From the NCBI GenBank assembly GCA_963813535.1, contig CAWEZH010000002.1, forward strand, positions 1,312,001-1,376,000: DNA of 64,000 nt. Reading direction: 5' to 3'. Numbering within the stretch: position 1 is the stretch's first letter; each line of letters opens with the position of its first letter. The notes under the pieces are model-generated. The model saw nothing but the letters and a program-made list of their open reading frames with translations. It made no database searches and had not been told where the DNA came from. A program made the translations under genes and the position numbers. Of this stretch, positions 28,735 to 39,352 are shown in pieces. The DNA is from an uncultured Chloroflexia bacterium (GTDB taxonomy: Bacteria > Chloroflexota > Limnocylindria > Limnocylindrales > CSP1-4).

Positions 28735-29844
28735 TCAGGCGGGGCTCGCGACGACCCGCGATTCTTCGGCCCGGAGGCGGGCGTAGCCCGGCTTGACGAC
28801 CTCATTGATGAGGCGGAGTCGCTCGTCGAACGGCGCGAACGCCGACTTGAGGGCGTTGATCGTCAGCCACTCCATCTCGCCGAGGCCGATACGGAACGCC
28901 TCGTCGAGGGCAGCGAACTCGCTCGACATCGAGACGCCGCTCATCAGCCGGTTATCGGTGTTGAGGGTCACCCGGAAGCGCAGTCGCCGGAGCAGGTCGA
29001 TGGGGTGCTCCGCGATCGAGGGGGCGGCCGCGGTGTGCACGTTCGACGTCGGGCACATCTCCAGGGGCACGCGACGGTCACGGACGAATGTCGCGAGCCG
29101 ACCGAGCTCGACCGTCCCGTCGTCGCGCACGCTGATGTCGTCGACGATGCGGACGCCGTGGCCCAGCCGCTCGGCACCGCAGTACTGGAGCGCTTCCCAG
29201 ATCGACGGCAGCCCGAACGACTCGCCGGCATGGATCGTGATGTGGAAGTTCTCGCGACGGACGTACTCGAACGCGTCGAGGTGGCGCGTCGGTCGGTAGC
29301 CGGCTTCGGGTCCGGCGATGTCGAAACCGACCACGCCCGCGTCGCGCCAGCGGACGGCGCATTCGGCGACCTCGACCGAGCGAGCGGCTTGGCGCATGGC
29401 CGTGACGAGCATCTTCATGACGATCGGATGGCCGGCCGCCTCGGCGTTCCGTGCCCCGATCGAGAAGCCCTCGAGGTTCGCGGCCACCACGTCGTCGAGC
29501 GTCAGGCCACGTTCCGTGGACAGCTCGGGGGCGTAGCGGACCTCGGCGTATACGACACCGTCGGCGGCCAGGTCCTCCGCGCACTCGGCCGCGACCCGGA
29601 CGATCGCGTCGCGCTCCTGCATCACGCCGACGGTGTGGGCGAAGGTCTCGAGATAGAGCTCGAGGGACTTGCGGTCGGCGCCTCGACGGATGTGCGCCGC
29701 CAACTCGTCGGGATCGGTCGTGGGTAGCCCGTCGTAGCCGTGCTCGGCGGCCAGATCGACGATCGTCGACGGTCGCAACCCACCGTCGAGGTGGTCGTGG
29801 AGCAACGCCTTGGGAGCCTGGCGGATCGTCTCCTGACGCAGCAT
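28735..29844 (-). CDS. add: Adenosine deaminase
   Basis: [41 protein letters not shown]. Confidence 0.95.
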   Translation of the reverse strand: MLRQETIRQAPKALLHDHLDGGLRPSTIVDLAAEHGYDGLPTTDPDELAAHIRRGADRKSLELYLETFAHTVGVMQERDAIVRVAAECAEDLAADGVVYAEVRYAPELSTERGLTLDDVVAANLEGFSIGARNAEAAGHPIVMKMLVTAMRQAARSVEVAECAVRWRDAGVVGFDIAGPEAGYRPTRHLDAFEYVRRENFHITIHAGESFGLPSIWEALQYCGAERLGHGVRIVDDISVRDDGTVELGRLATFVRDRRVPLEMCPTSNVHTAAAPSIAEHPIDLLRRLRFRVTLNTDNRLMSGVSMSSEFAALDEAFRIGLGEMEWLTINALKSAFAPFDERLRLINEVVKPGYARLRAEESRVVASPA

Positions 29845-29938
29845 GTGGCGGGATGGTACAAGCCTGCGGCAAGCGTGGTCGCCATCGACCATTGACCGAT
29901 TCGCGGGGCTCGGCGGACCATAGGGGGAGTCCGGTCCG

Positions 29939-30733
29939 GTGAGGACCGATACAGGAACAGGGGGTTTCGCCACGGTGCACTCCACGATCGCCGCCCGACG
30001 CAGCACGCTCCTCCGACTCGTGATGACAGGGCTGATGGCGCTGGTCGCGCTCGGCGCACCGGTCGCCGTCGCAGCCGCCGGTTCGGCGACGTACCGCGAT
30101 TGCACGTCGATCGACGTCGCCGCCGGGGCGGACCTCCACCGCTGCAACCTCGCCGATTCGACGATCATCGGGCTCGACCTGCACGGCATCAACGTTGCGT
30201 GGTCCGATCTGTCGCGCGTCAGCGGCGGGTGTGACCCGGACCTGCCGCGGACGAACCTGGCCGGCGCGATCGCCTATCGCGCGATCTTCGTGGACGCCCA
30301 GCTATGCGACGCGATCCTGAGCGGGGCCGACCTGCATGGCTCGGATCTGACGGGTGCCTCCCTCGAGGACGCCTCCGTGGACGGGGCGAATCTGTCCCGG
30401 GCGACGCTTACCGGTGCGGGTGCGGCATTCGCCCCATTCATGGACAGCGACCTGTCCAACGCTGTCTGGCGCGACGGATTCGCGAACGGCGCCACGTTCG
30501 ATGGCGCCGACCTTCACCGCATCGACTTCCGGGGCACGGACCTGCGGTCGTCGAGCTTCGTGGGTTCGGATCTCCGCTATGCGCAGCTTGACGGCGTCGA
30601 TCTCAGCGATGCCGACCTGACGGACGCGAACCTTCGACGAGCGACCGGCCTCGCGTCGGCGACGTTCTCGAACACGACGTGTGCGGACGGGACCAATAGC
30701 GATGCCAATGGCGGGACCTGCGTCGGTCACTGA
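29939..30733 (+). CDS. Secreted pentapeptide-repeat protein
   Basis: Signal-like N-terminus, repeated A(D/N)Lxx units, Cys-containing ends. Start may be 30023. Confidence 0.85.
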   Translation: MRTDTGTGGFATVHSTIAARRSTLLRLVMTGLMALVALGAPVAVAAAGSATYRDCTSIDVAAGADLHRCNLADSTIIGLDLHGINVAWSDLSRVSGGCDPDLPRTNLAGAIAYRAIFVDAQLCDAILSGADLHGSDLTGASLEDASVDGANLSRATLTGAGAAFAPFMDSDLSNAVWRDGFANGATFDGADLHRIDFRGTDLRSSSFVGSDLRYAQLDGVDLSDADLTDANLRRATGLASATFSNTTCADGTNSDANGGTCVGH

Positions 30734-30766
30734 CCGACGCCGCCTGCGAGGAGCGCTCTTCGTGTC

Positions 30767-32191
30767 CTAGGGCTGGGCGCCCTCGAGCCGTCGCCGGGCC
30801 GCGCTGAGTGCATCCGCGACTCGCGTCGGGGCGGTGCCACCGATGACGTCGCAGGAGGCAAGCGCACCGTCCACCGACGCTGCCCCACGCACGATCTCGC
30901 CGATCGTCTCGTCGTCGGCGAGGGCCTTGGCGCTCGGGTCGCCCGCGGCACCGAGCGCCAGGCCGATCATCGGGTCGGGAACCTGGTCGAGCCGGACGCC
31001 GGCCTCTTCGGCCTGGGCGACGATCGAACCGACGACGTGGTGGGCGACGCGGAACGGGATACCGCGGCGTACGAGGGCATCGGCGACCGCGGTCGCGGTG
31101 GTATAGCCCTCGTCGGCCGCGGTCCGCATGCGTTCGCGATCGACCGCGACCGTGTCGAGCAGGCCGCTCATGACGCCGAGGGACGCCGCATACACGGCGA
31201 CCGCGTCGAACAGTGGCGCCTTGTCCTCCTGCAGGTCGCGCTGGTACGCGAGCGGAAGACCCTTGACCAAGGTCAGCAGCCCGGCTTGGGCGCCGATGAC
31301 CCGCGCTGCACGTCCGCGGACGAGCTCGGCCGGGTCGGGGTTCCTCTTGTTCGGCATGACCGACGAGCCGGTCGAGAAGGCATCACTCACCCGCACGAAG
31401 CCGAACCGGGGGTTCGACCACCACGTGATCTCCTCGGCGAGCCGGCTGAGGTGGACCATACCCAGGGCGATCGCTCCGACGATCTCGATGACGAAGTCGC
31501 GGTCGCTCACGGCATCGAGTGAGTTGGCGGTCACGCCGTCGAAGCCGAGCTCCTGCGCCGAGGCCTCGCGGTCGAGCGGGAAGCCCGCTCCCGCCAACGG
31601 CCCGGCACCGAGCGGCGAGACATTGGCACGCCGGCGGGCATCGGCGAGACGTGCCCGGTCGCGCTCGGCCATCTCGACATAGGCCAGCAGGTGATGGGCG
31701 AACAGGACGGGCTGGGCCGGCTGGATGTGCGTGGTGCCGGGCAGGATCGCGGTGCCCTCGCGCTCGGCCAGTCCCACGAGCGCCATCTCGAACGAGACCA
31801 GTGCCTTGTCGAGCCGGTCGATCGCACGACGCGACCACAGTCGAAGGTCCGTGGCGACCTGATCGTTGCGCGAGCGACCCGTCTGCAGCTTCCCGGCCAC
31901 GGCGCCGATCCGCTCGGCGAGCGCCGACTCGAGGTTGAGGTGGACGTCCTCGAGCTCGGGATCCCAGGCCATCGACCCATCGGCGACGGCCCCGGCCAGG
32001 CCCTCCAGCCCGCCGACCAGCTCGCCGACCTCGGCATCGGTCAACAACCCGGCCCGCCCCAGGGCGTGGACATGGGCGATCGATCCCGCGATGTCGTCGA
32101 CCGCGAGCTCACGGTCGAGATCGACCGAACGGGTGAAATCGGCCACTCGTCGGTCGTTCTCTTCCGAGAACCGGCCACCCCACAGGCGCAT
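30767..32191 (-). CDS. argH: Argininosuccinate lyase
   Basis: LWGGRF, GRSRNDQVATD, THIQPAQP, STGSSVMPNKRNPD, YQRDLQEDK; AAGGAGG RBS. Confidence 0.96.
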   Translation of the reverse strand: MRLWGGRFSEENDRRVADFTRSVDLDRELAVDDIAGSIAHVHALGRAGLLTDAEVGELVGGLEGLAGAVADGSMAWDPELEDVHLNLESALAERIGAVAGKLQTGRSRNDQVATDLRLWSRRAIDRLDKALVSFEMALVGLAEREGTAILPGTTHIQPAQPVLFAHHLLAYVEMAERDRARLADARRRANVSPLGAGPLAGAGFPLDREASAQELGFDGVTANSLDAVSDRDFVIEIVGAIALGMVHLSRLAEEITWWSNPRFGFVRVSDAFSTGSSVMPNKRNPDPAELVRGRAARVIGAQAGLLTLVKGLPLAYQRDLQEDKAPLFDAVAVYAASLGVMSGLLDTVAVDRERMRTAADEGYTTATAVADALVRRGIPFRVAHHVVGSIVAQAEEAGVRLDQVPDPMIGLALGAAGDPSAKALADDETIGEIVRGAASVDGALASCDVIGGTAPTRVADALSAARRRLEGAQP

Positions 32192-32225
32192 GCACCCCTC
32201 CTTGGCGTCCCGTCATGCTAGCGGC

Positions 32226-33866
32226 ATGACCCACCCCACTCCCTGGTGGCGCGACGCCGTGGTGTACCAGCTGTACATCCGCAGCTTCGCCGACGGGGAC
32301 GGCGACGGCATCGGCGACATCGCCGGCATGCGCGCCCGGCTTCCCTACCTGAGCGATCTCGGCGTCGATGCGATCTGGATCAACCCCTGGTTTCCGTCGC
32401 CGATGATCGACGGCGGCTATGACGTGGTCGACTACCGCGATGTCGACCCGCTGTTCGGCACGCTCGACGATGCCGTGGAGTTCATCGACGACACGCACCG
32501 GCACGGCATCAAGGTCCTGCTCGACATCGTGCCCAACCACACGTCGGACCAGCACCCATGGTTCCAGGCCGCGCTCGCCGCCGGCCCGGGCAGTCGTGAG
32601 CGCGACCGCTACGTGTTCCGCGACGGCAAGGGCCGCGCCGGCAGCCGGCCACCGACCGACTGGCCGAGCGTGTTCGGCGGGCCGGCGTGGACGCGCATCA
32701 CCGAGCCGGACGGGCGCCCAGGGCAGTGGTATCTGCACCTGTTCGCCCCCGAGCAGCCCGACCTCGACTGGACGGCGCCGGAGGTCGCTGCGGAATTCGA
32801 ATCGATCCTGCGCTTCTGGTACGAGCGAGGTGCCGACGGGTTCCGCATCGATGTCGCGCACGGCCTGGTGAAGGACCCGGCGTTCCCCGACCTGCGCGGT
32901 CGGTCGCCGAAGTCGGCGACCAAGCCCGGGCCGTACTGGGACCAGGACGGCGTGCACGATGTCTACCGGCGCTGGCGGGCCGTGGCCGATGCGTACGGCG
33001 ACCGCCCGTTCGTCGCGGAGGTGTTCGTGTCGACGCCCGACCGGCTGGCGCGCTACGTGCGCCCCGACGAGCTGCACACGGCCTTCGACTTCCGCTTCCT
33101 CCAAGCCGGCTGGGACGCGACCGCGCTGCGGTCGGCGATCGACGACAGCCTCCACGTCCTCGGGCCGGTGGGTGCGCCGGCGACGTGGGTCCTGTCGAAC
33201 CATGACCAGGTCAGACACGTGACGCGACTCGGTCGCCCCGCTTCGCGGGGGAGCGGGGCGGTCGGAGCTGCCGGCGCCGGTGTCGCGACGCCGGACACGC
33301 CCGATCTGCAGCTGGGACGGCGTCGGGCACGTGCCGCGCTGCTCCTGATGCTGGCGCTCCCCGGTTGCGTCTACCTGTACCAGGGGGAGGAGCTCGGTCT
33401 CGAGGAGGTCGATGACCTGCCCGAGGACCTGCTCCAGGACCCGACGTGGCTGCGTTCCGGGCATACGATCCGGGGCCGCGACGGTTGTCGTGTGCCGCTG
33501 CCCTGGTCCGGGGCCGCGCCGCCATTCGGCTTCGGCCCGGCTGGTTCGACGCCGTGGCTGCCCCAGCCGGCGAGCTGGCGCGAGCGGACGGTCGCGACCC
33601 AGACAGGCGACCCCGGATCGTTCCTCGAGCTGTATCGGACCGCGCTGCGGCTGCGCCACCAGCACCTCGGTTTCCGGGGGACCGGGATGGCCTGGCTGGC
33701 CGCGCCAGCGTCCGTGCTCCGATTCGATCGGCCGGGTGGGCTCGAGTCGATCGTCAACCTCGGCACGACGCCGATCGAGCTGCCGGCCGGCCGGCCAGTC
33801 CTCCTGGCAAGCGGCCCGGTCGCCGACGGGGCCTTGCCCCCGGATACCGCCGTCTGGCTGGTGTGA
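32226..33866 (+). CDS. GH13 alpha-glucosidase
   Basis: WWRDAVVYQLYIRSFADGDGDG, DIVPNHTS, GFRIDVAH, SNHD, YQGEELG, GRDGCRVP. Confidence 0.93.
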   Translation: MTHPTPWWRDAVVYQLYIRSFADGDGDGIGDIAGMRARLPYLSDLGVDAIWINPWFPSPMIDGGYDVVDYRDVDPLFGTLDDAVEFIDDTHRHGIKVLLDIVPNHTSDQHPWFQAALAAGPGSRERDRYVFRDGKGRAGSRPPTDWPSVFGGPAWTRITEPDGRPGQWYLHLFAPEQPDLDWTAPEVAAEFESILRFWYERGADGFRIDVAHGLVKDPAFPDLRGRSPKSATKPGPYWDQDGVHDVYRRWRAVADAYGDRPFVAEVFVSTPDRLARYVRPDELHTAFDFRFLQAGWDATALRSAIDDSLHVLGPVGAPATWVLSNHDQVRHVTRLGRPASRGSGAVGAAGAGVATPDTPDLQLGRRRARAALLLMLALPGCVYLYQGEELGLEEVDDLPEDLLQDPTWLRSGHTIRGRDGCRVPLPWSGAAPPFGFGPAGSTPWLPQPASWRERTVATQTGDPGSFLELYRTALRLRHQHLGFRGTGMAWLAAPASVLRFDRPGGLESIVNLGTTPIELPAGRPVLLASGPVADGALPPDTAVWLV

Positions 33867-33910
33867 GTCCCGGACGCTGACGCGCCCGACGCGCGGTCTG
33901 CGGCCCCGTT

Positions 33911-35002
33911 CTACCCGCTCGCGGGAACCGACACGGTCGGCACGCGCGCGGCGAGGGCTGCTCGCAGACGCTCGGCGGCGTCCTCCGGCGTGATGTCCCG
34001 CTGGGTCTCGGCCAGCAGTTCGTAGCCGACCATGAACTTGCGCAGGCCCGCATTCAAGAGCGGCGGGTAGAAGTGTGCGTGGAGCTGCCAGGCCTCCTGG
34101 AGCGCGACGTCCTCCGCACCGAACGGCGCCTGGTGCCAGCCCATGGAATACGGGAAGGGTCGGCGATGGAGTCCGTCGTAGGCACCGAGCACGTGCTGCA
34201 GGGCGACGACGAGATCGTCCCTCCCGGGCACATCGACCGCGGTCAGACGGGCGGCGGGACGCTTCGGGATGACCAGGACCTCGAATGGCCAGGTCGCCCA
34301 GAACGGCACGACCGACAGCCAGTCCTTCGACTCGTGGACGACCCGCGGCCCGCCGGATTCCTGGGCGACGTAATCGAGCAGCAGTCGGCGACCGGTGGCG
34401 ACCAGGTGCGCCTGCTGCGTCGCGGCTTCGCGAGCGGCCATCACGGGCAGGGCAGTCCCGGCCCAGATCTGCCCGTGTGGATGCGGGTTCGATGCGCCCA
34501 TCGCAGAGCCACGGTTCTCGAAGACCTGTACCCAGCGGTAGCGAGTCGCCAGTTCGTCGGTCTGCTCGGCCCACAGGTCGACGACGCTGCGAACGTCGGC
34601 GGCCGGCATGGCCGCAAGGGTCAGGTCGTGGCGCGGCGAGAAGCACACGACGCGACACTCACCGCGCTCGCCCTCGGCACGCAGGAGGCCATCGGCAAAC
34701 CTGGCCGTCGAGGTCTCGCCGCGCAGTGCGCTGAAGTCGTTCACGAACACGAAGGTCGATCCGTACGCCGGGTTCACGTCGCCGTTGGCACGCGTGTTGC
34801 CCGGACACAGGTAGCACGCCGGCTCGTACGCTCGACGTTCGACGGTGGCGTCCGTCTCCTCGGCGCCGAGCCAGGGCCGGCGGGTCCGGCCCGATGACAC
34901 GAGGACCCATTCGTCGTGGAGCGGGTTGTACCGACGGTGCGGATCCTGGGCGAGCTCCTCGGGAAAGACCCCGTCCGTCGGCGGAACGTCAGCTGGCCGC
35001 AT
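33911..35002 (-). CDS. galT: Galactose-1-phosphate uridylyltransferase
   Basis: PHRRYNPL, CYLCPGN, FENRGSAMGASNPHPHGQIW (HPH), RKFMVGYE. Confidence 0.96.
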   Translation of the reverse strand: MRPADVPPTDGVFPEELAQDPHRRYNPLHDEWVLVSSGRTRRPWLGAEETDATVERRAYEPACYLCPGNTRANGDVNPAYGSTFVFVNDFSALRGETSTARFADGLLRAEGERGECRVVCFSPRHDLTLAAMPAADVRSVVDLWAEQTDELATRYRWVQVFENRGSAMGASNPHPHGQIWAGTALPVMAAREAATQQAHLVATGRRLLLDYVAQESGGPRVVHESKDWLSVVPFWATWPFEVLVIPKRPAARLTAVDVPGRDDLVVALQHVLGAYDGLHRRPFPYSMGWHQAPFGAEDVALQEAWQLHAHFYPPLLNAGLRKFMVGYELLAETQRDITPEDAAERLRAALAARVPTVSVPASG

Positions 35003-35819
35003 CGACCGGCGCGTCTTCGGAGACCGGGTCCACCACGACCAGCCGGCGCACTTCACGCTGGAGCACCGCGCGCGCGTCGGGCTGGAGGCCCCCGTCGGTG
35101 ACGAGGACGTCGGCCTGATCCAGCCGCGCGATCGAGCTGATCCCGATGACGCCCCACTTGGTGTGGTCGGCGACGACGACCAGGTGGCGGGCGGCTTCGA
35201 TGAGCGCGCGGTCGGTCTCGGCTTCGGACAGGTTGGGGCAGGTGAAGCCGGAGTGTGGATCCATGCCATGCACCCCGACGAAGACGAGATCGACGTGGAC
35301 GGTCCGCAACGCGGCCACGGCGAACGGACCGACCAGTGCCTCCGATCGCGTTCGCACCCCGCCCGTCAGGATGATGGTCTGATCGGCACGCCCGCCGTGA
35401 TGGAGCACGTCGGTCACGCGGATCGAGTTCGTGACCACCGTGATCCTCGGGATATCGACCAGCCGCTGGGCTAACGCGTATGTGGTGGTCCCGGCCGACA
35501 GGGCGATCGCCATGCCCGGCTCGACAAGGCCGGCCGCCGAGACAGCGATCGCATCCTTTTCTGACTGCTGGAGGCTGGACTTCGTGGCGAATGTCGGCTC
35601 GAACAGGGCACTGCCCTCGACCGACGTCGCACCACCGTGCACCTTCTCGACGAGGCCACGATCATCGAGGATCTCGAGATCGCGCCGCACGGTCATGTCG
35701 GAGACACCCAGCTCGCGCACGAGATCGGCGACGCGGACGGCGCCGTCCTCCCGCACGCGCTCGAGGATCCTCGCCTGGCGCTGTCGCGCCAGCATCACAC
35801 GGTTCTCGTCGGACCCCAC
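34989..35819 (-). CDS. DeoR/GlpR family regulator
   Basis: VSDMTVRRDL, HGGA, AGTT, VVTNS, ADHTK. Start may be 35795. Confidence 0.92.
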   Translation of the reverse strand: MGSDENRVMLARQRQARILERVREDGAVRVADLVRELGVSDMTVRRDLEILDDRGLVEKVHGGATSVEGSALFEPTFATKSSLQQSEKDAIAVSAAGLVEPGMAIALSAGTTTYALAQRLVDIPRITVVTNSIRVTDVLHHGGRADQTIILTGGVRTRSEALVGPFAVAALRTVHVDLVFVGVHGMDPHSGFTCPNLSEAETDRALIEAARHLVVVADHTKWGVIGISSIARLDQADVLVTDGGLQPDARAVLQREVRRLVVVDPVSEDAPVDAAS

Positions 35820-35938
35820 ACTCGGTCGCTCCGTACTGGGCCTGTACCTTGATCGGCTCTACACATCAGATTGCCGTGGATTCGAACGAAAGTCAACGTA
35901 ACACAAGGTATCACCAACCTCCGGTTGTCCGATAACGG

Positions 35939-35968
35939 TTGACATCGCGTCGTTAACGGGACCACAAT
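35939..35968 (+). promoter_or_regulatory. Sigma70-type promoter TTGACA-18-CACAAT for the galactoside ABC operon
   Basis: Consensus -35, near-consensus -10, GGAGGAG RBS downstream. Confidence 0.6.
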
Positions 35969-36016
35969 CTGGCGGAACCTGTTGGAATCTGTCGCAGGTC
36001 ATGTGGAGGAGCATCC

Positions 36017-37372
36017 ATGGCAGACCCAGTCGACCCGCGTCACCGATCGATCAGGTCGCTCGCCGGGCTCTCTGCGATCGCGGTCCTGGTATTCGCCTGC
36101 ACATCGTCGGGCGGCGCCACCACGGCCCCCAGCGCGGCACCGTCGAGTGGAGCGTCCGGTGCGGTCAGTGAGGCGCCGAGCACCGCGGCGTTGGGCGAGA
36201 CGACGCTCGGCTCGAACGAGAGCGACGAATCCCCGAAGGCCGCCGTCCAGGCGATCGTCGACTTCTGCGAGGGGTCGACCGGCGCCACCGTCAAGGTCAA
36301 CGTCAACGACCACAACACGTTCCAGAACCAGATCAGCTCGTACCTGCAGGGAACGCCGGACGACGTCGTCAAGTGGTTCGCCGGGAACCGCGTCCGGTTC
36401 TTCGCCGCGCAGGGCCTCCTGTCGCCCATCGACGACGTCTGGGCGGAGATCGAAGCGAACATGACGCCGGGCCTGAAGGCCGCGTCCCTGGGCACCGATG
36501 GGAAGGCCTATTTCGTGCCCGTCTACAACTACCCGTGGGTCGTGCTCTACCGCAAGAGCGTCTTCGAGGAGAAGGGCTACACGATCCCCAAGACGATCGA
36601 CGAATTCAAGGCGCTTGGCGACAAGATGAAGTCCGATGGCCTCGTGCCGCTCGCCTTCGGCGACCAGGACGGCTGGCCGGCGATGGGCACCTTCGACATC
36701 CTGAACATGCGCCTCAACGGCTACCAGTTCCACGTCGGTCTCATGGACGGGACGGAGAAGTGGAGCGACCCGAAGGTCAAGGCCGTGTTCGAGTACTGGC
36801 GAGACCTGCTGCCCTACTTCCAGGAGGGCGCTCCGGGTCGGACCTGGCAGGATGCCGCGAAGGCCGCCCTCGTCGATTCGACGGCCGGGATGTACTTCCT
36901 GGGCACGTTCGCGGTCGAGCAGGCCGGTGAGAACGGCGCCGACGTCGGCTTCTTCCCCTTCCCGTTGCTCGGGACCGAGTTCGACGGGGAGAACGCGATC
37001 GACGCGCCGATCGACGGCTTCATGCTCAGCGCGAACCCGAAGAACCCCGATGCGGCCAAGGCATTCCTCAAGTGCGTCGGCTCGCCGGAAGCCCAGGTCG
37101 CCTACGTGACCAGCCAGGGCATCGGCAGCGTGGCTGTCTCGCCGACGGCCGACACCAGCGCCTACACCGACGTCCAGAAGGCGTCGGCTGAGGTCCTCAA
37201 GTCTGCCGGCAACATCGCCCAGTTCCTCGACCGCGACGCGCGGGCCGACTTCGCCGGTCCGTCCGGGATGCAGGGCTTCCTGCTCAGCTTCCTGAACGAT
37301 CCGGACCAGGACCTCGACAAGTTCCTCGGTGAGATCCAGGCTTACTACGACACGCTGCCTCCGCAGCAGTAA
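36017..37372 (+). CDS. Sugar ABC substrate-binding lipoprotein (galactoside)
   Basis: Lipobox VFAC, YFVPVYNYPWVVLYRK, DAPIDGFM. Confidence 0.9.
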   Translation: MADPVDPRHRSIRSLAGLSAIAVLVFACTSSGGATTAPSAAPSSGASGAVSEAPSTAALGETTLGSNESDESPKAAVQAIVDFCEGSTGATVKVNVNDHNTFQNQISSYLQGTPDDVVKWFAGNRVRFFAAQGLLSPIDDVWAEIEANMTPGLKAASLGTDGKAYFVPVYNYPWVVLYRKSVFEEKGYTIPKTIDEFKALGDKMKSDGLVPLAFGDQDGWPAMGTFDILNMRLNGYQFHVGLMDGTEKWSDPKVKAVFEYWRDLLPYFQEGAPGRTWQDAAKAALVDSTAGMYFLGTFAVEQAGENGADVGFFPFPLLGTEFDGENAIDAPIDGFMLSANPKNPDAAKAFLKCVGSPEAQVAYVTSQGIGSVAVSPTADTSAYTDVQKASAEVLKSAGNIAQFLDRDARADFAGPSGMQGFLLSFLNDPDQDLDKFLGEIQAYYDTLPPQQ

Positions 37373-37393
37373 CCACACGAAGGCACCGCCAAC

Positions 37394-38374
37394 GTGCAAG
37401 AACCGATCACCCGATCGGCGACCGTCATCCCGTCGGCCCAGGTCGGCGGGATGACCACATCACGTCGCGGACGGCGGCAGCGGCGCTTCAATCCCCTCTC
37501 GCGCAGTGATCGGCTGACCCTCGCGGTCATGGTCGCGATCCCGACCCTGCTCGTCGTCGTGTTCGTCATCATCCCGACGATCGCCTCGGTCGTCCTCTCG
37601 TTCACGAGCTGGAACGGGATCGGCGGCCTGGACGCCATCAAGTTCATCGGGCTGAAGAACTACACCGACCTCGTCACCATCTACAAGCCGTTCTGGCCGG
37701 CGATCGCGCACAACGTCATCTGGCTGGTCTTCTTCCTCGTCATCGCCACGCCGCTCGGGATGTTCCTCGCCGTCCTCCTCGACAAGAACATCCGCGGAAC
37801 CCGCATCTACCAGAGCGCCATCTACATGCCGGTCGTGCTGTCGCTGGCGATCGTGGGCTTCATCTGGCAGCTCATCTACGCGCCGGAGCAGGGCCTGCTC
37901 AACAACCTGCTCGGACGCACCGCGCAGGGCAACCAGATCTCCTGGCTCGGCGACCCCGACATCAACCTGTGGGCCGTGCTGATCGCCGCGAGCTGGCGCC
38001 AGGTCGGCTACGTGATGATCCTCTACCTGGCCGGTCTCAAGGCCGTCGACCCGGCGCTGCGAGAGGCCGCCGCGATCGACGGAGCCAGTGAACGCCAGAC
38101 CTTCTTCCGCGTCGTCTTCCCGGTGATGCGCCCCATCAACATCGTGATCCTGGTGATCACCGTCATCGAGTCGCTCCGAGCGTTCGACCTTGCGTTCATC
38201 GTCAACAAGGGCCTCAACGGCCTCGAGCTCCTGTCGACGCTGGTGACCAACAACATCATCGGCGAGACCAGCCGGATCGGCTTCGGATCGGCGATCGCCG
38301 TCGTCCTCCTTGTCGTCTCTGTCGGGCCGATCATCGTGTTCCTGGCCCGCGCCCTTCGGGGGGAGTCCGCGTGA
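37394..38374 (+). CDS. Sugar ABC permease
   Basis: WRQVGYVMILYLAGL, EAAAIDGAS. Confidence 0.9.
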   Translation: MQEPITRSATVIPSAQVGGMTTSRRGRRQRRFNPLSRSDRLTLAVMVAIPTLLVVVFVIIPTIASVVLSFTSWNGIGGLDAIKFIGLKNYTDLVTIYKPFWPAIAHNVIWLVFFLVIATPLGMFLAVLLDKNIRGTRIYQSAIYMPVVLSLAIVGFIWQLIYAPEQGLLNNLLGRTAQGNQISWLGDPDINLWAVLIAASWRQVGYVMILYLAGLKAVDPALREAAAIDGASERQTFFRVVFPVMRPINIVILVITVIESLRAFDLAFIVNKGLNGLELLSTLVTNNIIGETSRIGFGSAIAVVLLVVSVGPIIVFLARALRGESA

Positions 38375-39285
38375 CCGAGATCGCGGCCACGGCCCGCGTC
38401 GAGACGTACGACGGGACGGCCACCCGCCGTCGCAAGCGACTGCGTCGGGCGGGGCTCCACGTGTTCCTCATCGTCGTGAGCCTGATCTGGCTGGCGCCGC
38501 TCGCGTGGGCCATCTACACGTCGTTGCGACCGTACGAGGAGACGAGTCGCCTGGGGTACGTGTCCTTCGGTGGCGAGTACAACCTCGATAACTACATCGA
38601 CTCGTGGACCAAGGGCGAGATCTTCAAGTACTTCATCAATACGGCGATCATCCTGGTCCCGGCCGTCCTGCTGGTGCTCCTGCTGGCCTCGATGATGGCG
38701 TTCGCCGTGTCGCGTTACAGCTGGCGGTTCAACCTCGCCCTGCTGATGCTGTTCACCGCGGCGAACCTGCTCCCGCCGCAGGTCATCATCACGCCGCTCT
38801 TCCGGATGTTCCTGGTCCTCCCGCTGCCGCCGATCCTGAGCGGCAACGGCGTCTTCTACGACCAGTACTTCGGGATCATGGTGATCCATGTCGCCTTCCA
38901 GCTCGGGTTCTGCACGTTCGTCCTGAGCAACTACATGAAGACCCTGCCGCGCGAGCTGAACGAAGCGGCGATCGTCGACGGGGCGGGTGTCTGGCGGACG
39001 TTCTGGAGCGTCATCCTGCCCCTCACGCGACCGGCCATCGCGGCCCTCGCGACGCTGCAGGTGACCTGGATCTACAACGACTTCTTCTGGGCATTGATCC
39101 TGATGTTCACCGGCGACAAGCGCCCGATCACGTCGGCGCTGAACCAGCTGAAGGGCCAGTTCTTCACGGACAACAACCTGGTCGCGGCGGGCGCGTTGTT
39201 GGTCGCCCTGCCGACGCTCGTCGTGTTCTTCGTGCTCCAGAAGCAATTCGTCCGCGGACTCACCCTCGGCTCGACCAAGGGCTGA
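38371..39285 (+). CDS. Sugar ABC permease
   Basis: LPRELNEAAIVDGAG, YNDFFWA, ends GSTKG. Confidence 0.9.
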   Translation: MTEIAATARVETYDGTATRRRKRLRRAGLHVFLIVVSLIWLAPLAWAIYTSLRPYEETSRLGYVSFGGEYNLDNYIDSWTKGEIFKYFINTAIILVPAVLLVLLLASMMAFAVSRYSWRFNLALLMLFTAANLLPPQVIITPLFRMFLVLPLPPILSGNGVFYDQYFGIMVIHVAFQLGFCTFVLSNYMKTLPRELNEAAIVDGAGVWRTFWSVILPLTRPAIAALATLQVTWIYNDFFWALILMFTGDKRPITSALNQLKGQFFTDNNLVAAGALLVALPTLVVFFVLQKQFVRGLTLGSTKG

Positions 39286-39309
39286 TCGGGGCGTCCTCCT
39301 CCCGCCCCG

Positions 39310-39338
39310 CTGGGGCCGGCCTTCATGGTCGGCCCCAG
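39310..39338. terminator. Hairpin between convergent genes
   Basis: CTGGGGCCGGCC-TTCAT-GGTCGGCCCCAG (one G-U pair). Confidence 0.65.
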
Positions 39339-39352
39339 TCCGTTCCCTCGAG

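Noticed and set aside
30120-30670. Periodic sequence in the pentapeptide-repeat gene as a possible Qnr/MfpA-like resistance gene
   Set aside because: It has a signal peptide and Cys-containing caps; a secreted pentapeptide-repeat protein is more likely than a gyrase protector.
32109-34658. Long alternative-frame and antisense ORFs (849 aa here; also 8946-10844, 39410-40891, 56839-58101)
   Set aside because: Arg/Gly/Pro-rich, no recognisable motifs, and overlapping well-supported genes; expected in high-GC DNA with few stop codons.
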